64,000 bases of DNA from Octopus sinensis (taxonomy: Eukaryota), in the NCBI RefSeq assembly GCF_006345805.1, contig NC_043003.1:114018001-114082000 (forward strand), read 5' to 3'. Positions 54,727-64,000 of the stretch are shown one piece after another. The notes under the pieces were generated by a model. The model did no database searches, was not told the DNA's origin, and worked only from the letters and a program-made list of their open reading frames with translations. Numbering within the stretch: position 1 is the stretch's first letter; every line of letters begins with the position of its first letter. Made by a program: the position numbers and the translations under genes.

Positions 54727-55179
54727 TTGCCTATATGTATGTGTGTGTGCATTGTTGTTCTATTGAAAAGTTAAACCCTTATATGTAAAACATGCTATAA
54801 ATATAATATTTTACAACTTCTTAACTAAAATAATGAAGCACTTCGTGATATTAGAGACAAACCATTCTTTACTGCGAGGAAAATCATAAATCATAAACCT
54901 GACGTGTTTAAATCTTTTAGTTTATTTCATTTTGTCCCTCTATAGAAATACAATACTTCATTTCCACGGATCCTACTAAATTCTTGTAGTCCCTCAATAT
55001 TATAATTAGTACATCGGTTGTTGCCTTTCTCCTACGATGAAAGGAAGAAGCGAATGAAACAATATGAATGCCTGGAACAATTTTAATTGGAGATTTATTT
55101 CGATACCCCCACCCCGGCACACTGCGTCCTGTTCTTCTCTAGCAAGCGTGATGTGTTTGTGTGCGATTGTCTCTCTCTC

Positions 55180-55211
<32 letters not shown>

Positions 55212-55317
55212 TGTATGTATGTATGTATGTATGTATGTATGTATGTGTATATATATATATAAATGTATGTATGTATATGTATATATATAAGTGTGTGTAT
55301 ATATATATAAATTTATG

Positions 55318-56856
55318 TTCTTTCTCTCTCTTCTCTCTCTTTGTTGCGTTTTGTCCCTCGTCTCTCTCTCTCTTCCTTTGCTTCTCTTTCTTTTCTTTTC
55401 CCTCTTCTCTGTCACGTGACTGTTGGCCGAAATCTGCCTTTCAGCTCCTGACCCTCGTCGTGTTAACATCGTTGTTTTTCGTCCGCCGCTATAAAGGCTT
55501 CTTCCAATGCGCCAGAGAAAAAATTTGTTTGCTTGTTATCAGTCGTAAGACACTTGTTGTTTTCACCGTTAATGCTTCTGTATTTCATGTTTCTGTATTC
55601 CATTATTGTTTTTTGTTTTTTTTATATCTGTCCCTTTTGCTGTCCTGGTGTTCGTATGCATTCGATCCTTCTTCCAGGAAATCTACGCTTCCAGCTTAGT
55701 TTTTCTAATGCTCGTTGCTTAGTTTTTCTTGGAGGGCTGGCCGTGATCTAGTAATCTCAAGATTAATCAGCCGAAATTACTACGATGATCCGGTTCTTGA
55801 CTGAAGACTGAGGGGTTCGAATGTCCTGTCCATGTTTATTGTGTCGTCTTCTAAGAGTTATACGTTCTTGTCCATGTTGTATTTTTCTACATACCTTAAC
55901 ATATATTCCAGGCGCCCCGTACCCACCTTATCATTAATGTGAGCACATATTCTTAATAATGGTACGACTCTCTTTTTGTCTCCCTCTCTCTCTCATTTTT
56001 ACTTGATCTGTCCCCCTCTCTCTCTCTTTGTCTCGCTCTGCACTCACAGGTCATTCTTCGACACCCATCCCTTCTCCTCTCTGATCCCTTCTTCTCTCTC
56101 TTCTCTCTCTTTGTTGCGTTTTGTCCCTCGTCTCTCTCTCTCTTCCTTTGCTTCTCTTTCTTTTCTTTTCCCTCTTCTCTGTCACGTGACTGTTGGCCGA
56201 AATCTGCCTTCAGCTCCTGACCCTCGTCGTGTTAACATCGTTGTTTTTCGTCCGCCGCTATAAAGGCTTCTTCCAATGCGCCAGAGAAAAAATTTGTTTG
56301 CTTGTTATCAGTCGTAAGACACTTGTTGTTTTCACCGTTAATGCTTCTGTATTTCATGTTTCTCTATTCCATTATTGTTTTTTGTTTTTTTTATATCTGT
56401 CCCTTTTGCTGTCCTGGTGTTCGTATGCATTCGATCCTTCTTCCAGGAAATCTACGCTTCCAGCTTAGTTTTTCTAATGCTCGTTGCTTAGTCTTTCTTG
56501 GAGGGCTGGCCGTGATCTAGTAATCTCAAGATTAATCAGCCGAAATCACTACGATGATCCGGTTCTTGACTGAAGACTGAGGGGTTCGAATGTCCTGTCC
56601 ATGTTTATTGTGTCGTCTTCTAAGAGTTATACGTTCTTGTCCATGTTGTATTTTTCTACATACCTTAACATATATTCCAGGCGCCCCGTACCCACCTTAT
56701 CATTAATGTGAGCACATATTCTTAATAATTGGTACGACTCTCTTTTTGTCTCCCTCTCTCTCTCATTTTTACTTGATATGTCCCCCTCTCTCTCTCTTGT
56801 CTCGCTCTGCACTCACAGGTCATTCTTCGACACCCATCCTTCTCCTCTCTGATCCT

Positions 56857-56891
<35 letters not shown>

Positions 56892-58214
56892 GCGTTTTGT
56901 CCCTCGTCTCTCTCTCTCTTCCTTTGCTTCTCTTTCTTTTCTTTTCCCTCTTCTCTGTCACGTGACTGTTGGCCGAAATCTGCCTTTCAGCTCCTGACCC
57001 TCGTCGTGTTAACATCGTTGTTTTTCGTCCGCCGCTATAAGGCTTCTTCCAATGCGCCAGAGAAAAAATTTGTTTGCTTGTTATCAGTCGTAAGACACTT
57101 GTTGTTTTCACCGTTAATGCTTCTGTATTTCATGTTTCTGTATTCCATTATTGTTTTTTGTTTTTTTTATATCTGTCCCTTTTGCTGTCCTGGTGTTCGT
57201 ATGCATTCGATCCTTCTTCCAGGAAATCTACGCTTCCAGCTTAGTTTTTCTAATGCTCGTTGCTTAGTTTTTCTTGGAGGGCTGGCCGTGATCTAGTAAT
57301 CTCAAGATTAATCAGCCGAAATTACTACGATGATCCGGTTCTTGACTGAAGACTGAGGGGTTCGAATGTCCTGTCCATGTTTATTGTGTCGTCTTCTAAG
57401 AGTTATACGTTCTTGTCCATGTTGTATTTTTCTACATACCTTAACATATATTCCAGGCGCCCCGTACCCACCTTATCATTAATGTGAGCACATATTCTTA
57501 ATAATTGGTACGACTCTCTTTTTGTCTCCCTCTCTCTCTCATTTTTACTTGATCTGTCCCCCTCTCTCTCTCTTTGTCTCGCTCTGCACTCACAGGTCAT
57601 TCTTCGACACCCATCCCTTCTCCTCTCTGATCCCTTCTTTCTCTCTCTTCTCTCTCTTTGTTGCGTTTTGTCCCTCGTCTCTCTCTCTCTTCCTTTGCTT
57701 CTCTTTCTTTTCTTTTCCCTCTTCTCTGTCACGTGACTGTTGGCCGAAATCTGCCTTTCAGCTCCTGACCCTCGTCGTGTTAACATCGTTGTTTTTCGTC
57801 CGCCGCTATAAAGGCTTCTTCCAATGCGCCAGAGAAAAAATTGTTTGCTTGTTATCAGTCGTAAGACACTTGTTGTTTTCACCGTTAATGCTTCTGTATT
57901 TCATGTTCTGTATTCCATTATTGTTTTTTGTTTTTTTTATATCTGTCCCTTTTGCTGTCCTGGTGTTCGTATGCATTCGATCCTTCTTCCAGGAAATCTA
58001 CGCTTCCAGCTTAGTTTTTCTAATGCTCGTTGCTTAGTCTTTCTTGGAGGGCTGGCCGTGATCTAGTAATCTCAAGATTAATCAGCCGAAATTACTACGA
58101 TGATCCGGTTCTTGACTGAAGACTGAGGGGTTCGAATGTCCTGTCCATGTTTATTGTGTCGTCTTCTAAGAGTTATACGTTCTTGTCCATGTTGTATTTT
58201 TCTACATACCTTAA
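55318..58214. repeat. Head-to-tail tandem array, ~772-bp unit x ~3.75
   Basis: TGTTGGCCGAAATCTG at 55421, 56191, 56967 and 57738 (periods 770, 776, 771). Confidence 0.97.
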
Positions 58215-58229
58215 TATATATATATATAT

Positions 58230-58276
<47 letters not shown>

Positions 58277-58299
58277 ATATATATATGTATGTGTGTGTG

Positions 58300-58500
58300 T
58301 GTGTTTGTCCCCCTAGCATTGTTTGACAACCGATGCTGGTGTGTTTACGTCCCCGTCACTTAGCGGTTCGGCAAAAGAAACCGATAGAATAAGTACTGGG
58401 CTTACAAAGAATAAGTCTCGGGGTCGATTTGCTCGACTAAAGGCGGTGCTCCAACATGGCCGCAGTCAAATGACTGAAACAAGTAAAAGAGTAAAGAGTA
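58300..58500 (+). mobile_element. SINE family A, 3' half
   Basis: Matches the 3' half of 39575-40011. Confidence 0.9.
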
Positions 58501-58574
58501 TATATATGTTTACACACCCGTCTTCGTCTTTTGTGTTTTTTTGTAAATTCCAATTTTTTTGTATGTGTATGTGT

Positions 58575-58860
58575 TAGAGAAGGTGCATGGCTTAGCTGTC
58601 GTGAGGTCGTGAGTTCGACACCTGGCGTCACCTTATGTCTATGAGAAAGTCACCTTCTTTCAAGTAATTCCACTCCACTCAGGTGGCAAAAATAGGTAGA
58701 ACCTGGAATTCAAAAGGGCCAGCCATGTCACATTGTGTGCCACTCTGAATCTCCTTGTGGCGTTTCTGTGGAGTCCTCAGCACGTTACTTTCGCAAGCAG
58801 GCAGTTCCATTGATCGGATCAACAGGAACCTGCATTCTCGTCACCGACCGAATACCAATT
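58575..58860 (+). mobile_element. Old diverged SINE with family C tail
   Basis: B box GAGTTCGACACC and tail TTGATCGGATCAAC. Confidence 0.75.
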
Positions 58861-59455
58861 CATGTCTACGTTTATTATAAACATGCGTAGACATACTGAA
58901 ACATTCTCATACGTGTATATAATAATGCTATTACATTCATTAATACCATCATTACGATATTTGTTTGTTGTGAAATTAATCGATGTGATACGGCCCTCGC
59001 AATCGAACCCCTGGCAATTAGATTCATTTGTACCCTCCATGGAAAGGTCTTAAGATCTATTGATTTGTATATAACAAGTATTTCCCCCCAATAACATAAT
59101 ATTGTGTGCTCTGATAAAGTAGTCCCGTTCCGTATGGGGAGAAGATTTAATGCCAAAAGCCCAGCTTATTTCATTTTTTTCCCAAAGATTCGGCTTCACT
59201 CAGATTGGTAGAAGGAAAAGATACGTCAAACAAGAAACATAACTCAGAGCATTAAGTAATCCATAGATTAGGGTTCGAAACAGACTGCATTATATATACT
59301 TATATATAAATTATATATATATATATACATAAGTGGTTCATAACGGTAACTAGAAGTTCTATTCAATTAAACTCAACGAATCCGGCATTGAGTGTTCTCG
59401 TGACTTTGACCTGTGTATCTAACACTCTTATCGCTTTCTGATTGTGTATATATAT

Positions 59456-59502
<47 letters not shown>

Positions 59503-59532
59503 GCGAGAAAAAAGCAACAAGAATGGATAGGT

Positions 59533-59623
59533 TTTTAGTACAATCGTTTCATACAAGGACAGGCTTTATTAAAAGTTGCAAAAATTGCAGCATATAAACG
59601 TGTCCCGTACTCATCAGCTAAAA
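59533..59623 (-). ncRNA. Type I hammerhead ribozyme, left arm
   Basis: Exact reverse complement of 60245-60335. Confidence 0.8.
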
Positions 59624-60244
59624 TACATGTGAGTTCTCTAGACATCCTAGTGGTTGAGGCTATACTCATGAAGTAATGTAGATAATTAAGTAACATAAAC
59701 AGATTTCCAAAGTTCATTAAAGTTCTTTAAAGATGATGTACAGTCTTATCACAGAATTTTAAAAAAGTTTTAATAGCATCACAGAGAAGGTGACTTAATC
59801 CATAGTGTACATATGAATTTCCAGAGATATGAGGAGGGATTACATACTCACAGACGACAAATTTATCCATTGCTAATCACAACGAGGTGGGTTTCAATTC
59901 CTGCTTATTAGCATTACAGAGAGGGTGAATTAATCCTTTGTATAGATGCACAATTTCCAATGGTGTAGATGTAAATTTCCAGAGAAATGAAGAGGAATTT
60001 CATATTCACAGGCGATAAATTTATCAATGGTTGAACACAATGAGGTGGGTATCAATTCTTGCTATATGATTAGGTATTTGCCACATTAATCACATTACTG
60101 CTATTTTCAAGAGACTGTAGCTATTTAACTTTTAATGGCTGAAGGGCTTTCTGAACTTTGGAAATCTGTTTATGTTACTTAATTATCTACATTACTTCAT
60201 GAGTATAGCCTCAACCACTAGGATGTCTAGAGAACTCACATGTA

Positions 60245-60335
60245 TTTTAGCTGATGAGTACGGGACACGTTTATATGCTGCAATTTTTGCAACTTTTAAT
60301 AAAGCCTGTCCTTGTATGAAACGATTGTACTAAAA
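60245..60335 (+). ncRNA. Type I hammerhead ribozyme, right arm; predicted cleavage after GUA at 60329
   Basis: UUUUAG CUGAUGA GUACGGGACA [extended hairpin] UGUCCUUGUAU GAAA C GAUU GUA CUAAAA; all core nucleotides canonical. Confidence 0.8.
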
Positions 60336-60480
60336 ACCTATCCATTCTTGTTGCTTTTTTCTCGCTTATAATCACCCCACATTACTGTATTGTTAAAACC
60401 GTATAGTTTGTTTTGGTGCATCTAAGTTAGGTACCATATTCAAGTAAATTCATTTAAATTAACTTGAATCTTTATTGCTT

Positions 60481-60511
<31 letters not shown>

Positions 60512-60867
60512 TATGAATGTATAAAATGAATATTAAAAAACAAACTTAGGGAATAATAAGTATTCCAGGTTATCAGGACATTTACTATTTTACGCTTTAC
60601 TAATGCAATGTAAACACCATCATTTATAATATTATTACAAATTCGGCATTTTACCAATAGAGCCGCAACTCCTATTTCAAGATAACCTTATTGTCTGGGA
60701 TACATATAGAAAGTTATATCTAATATAATAATAAAATACTATAAACATTTTAAACCTACTATAAAGTACAATAAAATTATTTAAAAAATCATATGTATAA
60801 AATATTTGAAAATATATATATATATACCTTACCTGTTATTAGTCTGTGGGGAAAGAAGATATTTTTA

Positions 60868-60957
60868 ATTAACGCTACACGTATTTCTGTGCTGGTGGTG
60901 TGTTTTTTAGGCTATACCTAATACAAAAATCCACCAGTACGTCCTCAGGCTATTAAC
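60868..60957 (-). ncRNA. Partly decayed type I hammerhead ribozyme from an unrelated family
   Basis: GC CUGAGGA CGUACUGGUGG [hairpin] CCACCAGCACA GAAA UACGU GUA GC; stem II 9/11 paired; self-complementary stem III. Confidence 0.6.
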
Positions 60958-61009
60958 GGATCAAAGTTAAAGCTACATATTCTAATACATATTAAATAGA
61001 AAAATAAGA

Positions 61010-61423
61010 GGATCTCTTTGGTTTGAACGGCAGTTTTTTCTAGCGGTGTCATATGAAATTGTCACTCATTATTATGACCCTAGTATCTATCTACTGCATT
61101 TCAATCTGTTTTAGGGTTAGGGTTAGAGGTGGGGGGAAGAGTATCTTTTTTTCTTCACAAATGTAAATAAACCCAATCTGTTTCTTAAATGAGGGACATA
61201 TTCATACGGCACAGAATGTTTTTTTACCTCAAATACGTCAGTGATTGGTTGAAATTGCAGAAATTGAAGAAAAACAACAAATATCTTACAAACTATAGAA
61301 TTTTCTCAATAAAGCCAAGAGAAAAAGATGTTTTATAAACACATCCTACCAGTATACGAAGTTTAAAATTTTTTAGTTACCTAGAAATTATGTTAAAAAC
61401 TACCGTTCAAACCGAAAAGAACC
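61010..61423 (+). mobile_element. MITE, same family as 2559-2960, 8-bp TSD
   Basis: AAATAAGA at 61002-61009 and 61424-61431; TIRs present. Confidence 0.93.
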
Positions 61424-61627
61424 AAATAAGAATATAAATTAAAATTTTTTTTTTTTTTAAATTAAAAAATGTTAAAAAGTTTTATTTAAAAATTAACAAA
61501 TTAATAAAGGTAAATAAAATTAAACACCTAAAAATACAATACCGATGTATATAGAAAATGATAAACATAATGAAACCCTCAACGACTATATTATAAACTC
61601 CTCAAAATTCCACTACCTATCTAATAT

Positions 61628-61955
61628 TAAAGACTCCGCCGGTTACGACGACGAGGGTCCCAGCTGATACGATCAACGGAACAGCTTGCTCGTGAAATTA
61701 ACGTGCAAATGGCTGAGCATTCCACAGACACGTGTACTCTTAACGTAGTTCTCGGGGATAATCAGCGTGACACAGAGAGTGACAAGGCTGACCCTTTGAA
61801 ATACAAGTACAACTCATTTTTGCCAGCTGAGTGGACTGGAGCAACGTGAAATAAAGTGTCTTGCTCAAGGACACAACGCGTCGCCGGGAATCGAACTCAC
61901 AACCTTACGATCATGAGCCGAATGCCCTAACCACTAAGCCACGCGCCCTCACTAC
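61628..61955 (-). mobile_element. SINE with V-type head and family C tail, 13-bp TSD
   Basis: ACCTATCTAATAT at 61615-61627 and 61956-61968. Confidence 0.88.
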
Positions 61956-62194
61956 ACCTATCTAATATAAACATTACGGGAATTAATAATTTAGTGTAAG
62001 ATTTACCTCTATCTATACAGGTGCAAATTACCATTTTTTTGTCAAACGTATGTTATTAGTAATTATAAATAAGAACCTCTATACGCGTTATAAATTCATT
62101 GAATAAAACTAGTAAATGAATCTAGTAAACCAAATTAACAAAGGAAGAATACTTATCGTTCCTGTACTAATGGCTGCTTCTGTCGTGCGCTCGA

Positions 62195-62388
62195 AATGCG
62201 TAGCAGTATTTCGTCTGCCGTTACGTTGTGAGTTCAAATTCCACTGAGGTCGACTTTGCCTTTCATCCTTTCGGGGTCGATTAAATAAGTTCTAGTTACG
62301 CACTGGGGTTGATATAATCAACTTAATCCGTTTGTCTGTCCTTGTTTGTCCCCTCTATCTTTAGCCCCTTGTGGGTAGTAAAGAAATA
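62195..62388 (+). mobile_element. SINE family B monomer
   Basis: Reverse orientation match to the family B body and tail. Confidence 0.88.
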
Positions 62389-63208
62389 GGAATTATGAGG
62401 AATATCATAAATAAAATAAACTACTCTAAAAAAGTCTCTAAGACTAATAATATTAGAGAGGTTGAATTCAAGGGGAAATAATAACAAGATACTCTACTAT
62501 CCTCCGATAACTGGATTTTTTTTCTAGTGTTTAAGATTTATGTTATATCAATTAGACTTGACTCTTCTAAAATAGATAACTGCTCGACTTCCGGGCAATT
62601 TTGGACTGCGCTTTGTGAAGTGTTTTTCTTACAAGAATTTTCACCGTTTTCTTTTTTGTCTGAAATTGGTGTTCTTTAAGATGTTTCAGTTAATGGTAGA
62701 AAAAAGTCCCTTGGAAGCCAAACATGGATAGCAGGGATGCTTAGAGAATGAAATTAGGAAGGTTTAGTAACCCTAACCCTAACCCATAAATAGGTGTATT
62801 GTCATACGGAATCCGAATTTCATGCCTCAAGTTTCTTCCTTTACAGAAAGTTACGCATCAAGATATCTAACTAAAATTCTATATTTATTATCTCACACAA
62901 CATACACTTCCAATAAAACTAGAGAAAGGATGATATCTCCTTCCCTGTTGGGCAAACCTGACGAGATTTCTTTCGTTCCGGTAACGATGATCAGACTTGC
63001 TGCGATATCTGCCTCGTTTTCACATTGTAGACTCACAATTGCATCAATGAAACTTAAGGTCAACTGAAAATCGTTACATTTTTAAAACTTTAAAAGTGAA
63101 TTTATACAAAATTTTGCCATTTTATACTACTGTATTTTCTTTGGGTTTTTATACACCCTGTCTAGGATAGACTCTACTCGACTTTGACAGAGTACAGCGC
63201 GCATACAC

Positions 63209-63870
63209 ATATTGGGTTGGGAAATAAGTTCCCGCTGTTCTTCATTAATTTAAATTTTTCAAAAGCTTTAATAAAAAATAACAACTAATTAATCAATAAT
63301 GTATTCACCCTCGTTGTTTGCAACTTCTTCCCAACTTTCAACAAGATTTTCAATCCCTCGTTGGTAGAATTTCGACTAGAAAAATTGACCCAACCAAACT
63401 CTCATTTCTGTATCAGTATTGAACGAAACTCCGCTCATAGCATTGGAAAGAGATCGAAAGAGGTGGAAATCCGTTGGTGCCAAATCAGGAGAGTACGGCG
63501 GGTGTGGCAGCACTTCCCAGCTATGCGTTTGAATGGCTTCCTTGGTCATATTGGCGATATGAAGGCGGGCGATTAGGTCTTTTCTCTTGAATAGGCGTGT
63601 TGAGTCGTTCCATCTATTGAACGGAGAGTTCTGCGTTGACCGTTTGGTTCCGTTTAAGCAATTCGTAATGGATAAGCCCTTCCCAGTTCCACCATACGCA
63701 CAACATCGTTTTACGCGGATGAGGATCCTGTTTCACGCGCGGTGTCGCTTGTTTACCGGGGCTAAGCCATTCCTTACGCTGCTTCATATTGATGTACAGG
63801 CACCATTTTTCGTCGCCAGTAACGATTCGGTAAAGAAATCATTGCTTGTGTCCATGAGCTATTAACCCCA
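63209..63870 (-). mobile_element. Decayed mariner (Tc1/mariner) transposon, 3' part with TIR
   Basis: KWCLYINMKQRKEWL, PHPRKTMLCVWWNWEG.IHYELL, broken HPPYSPDLAP region; TIR-like ATTGGGTTGGGAAATAAGTT. Confidence 0.92.
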
Positions 63871-64000
63871 AGATTCCGAGTTCGATTCCAAGCAGTGACC
63901 TGAACAATAATAATTGAAATTTCTATAAAAGTCACTCAAAATCCTAATGCTTTGTGCTAAGTCATTTATGACATTCATATTGAAGTGCGCTGGTGTGAAA

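Larger units (their letters stand above)
59503..60365. mobile_element. Foldback element: 214-bp perfect inverted arms (59503-59716, 60152-60365) around a 435-bp spacer
   Basis: Arms are exact reverse complements by eye; left end abuts (TA)n; TA dinucleotide just outside both ends. Confidence 0.93.

Noticed and set aside
55765-55812. Type II hammerhead-like arrangement in the tandem unit (TCAGCC GAAA...ATC...CTGAAGA CTGA)
   Set aside because: No stem I can form between the putative cleavage site and CUGAAGA, and stem II is out of register by two bases
55318-58214. CRISPR-like or gene-cluster reading of the regular array
   Set aside because: Units are ~772 bp and wholly repeated with no unique spacers; eukaryotic context; ORFs are low complexity
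714-58631. Dozens of ORFs rich in YI, CV, HT, LS, NN or II repeats
   Set aside because: Translations of (TA)n, (TG)n, (TATC)n, (AAT)n and (TC)n microsatellites or of SINE bodies; no coding signal
62768-62786. (TAACCC)3 telomere-like tract
   Set aside because: Too short to indicate an interstitial telomere or a fusion

Overview
Repeat-saturated, AT-rich animal genomic DNA, most likely from an octopus: the SINE families, RTE 3' ends and microsatellite load look octopod. I cannot confidently call any intact host gene. Nearly all listed ORFs are microsatellite translations or decayed retroelements (CR1, RTE, R4/Dong, L1/Tx1, Penelope-like), with a mariner remnant, an 8-bp-TSD MITE family and many tRNA-derived SINEs. 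The main unexplained signal is six type I hammerhead ribozyme motifs from three unrelated sequence families, all close to TA-rich microsatellites. Two of them have a fully canonical core and sit in the arms of a perfect 214-bp inverted repeat (59503-60365). Other notable items are a pre-miRNA-like hairpin (8556-8629), SINE dimers inserted as single units, and a ~772-bp x3.75 tandem array. All alignments, translations and folds were done by eye, so element boundaries are approximate unless exact motifs are quoted.
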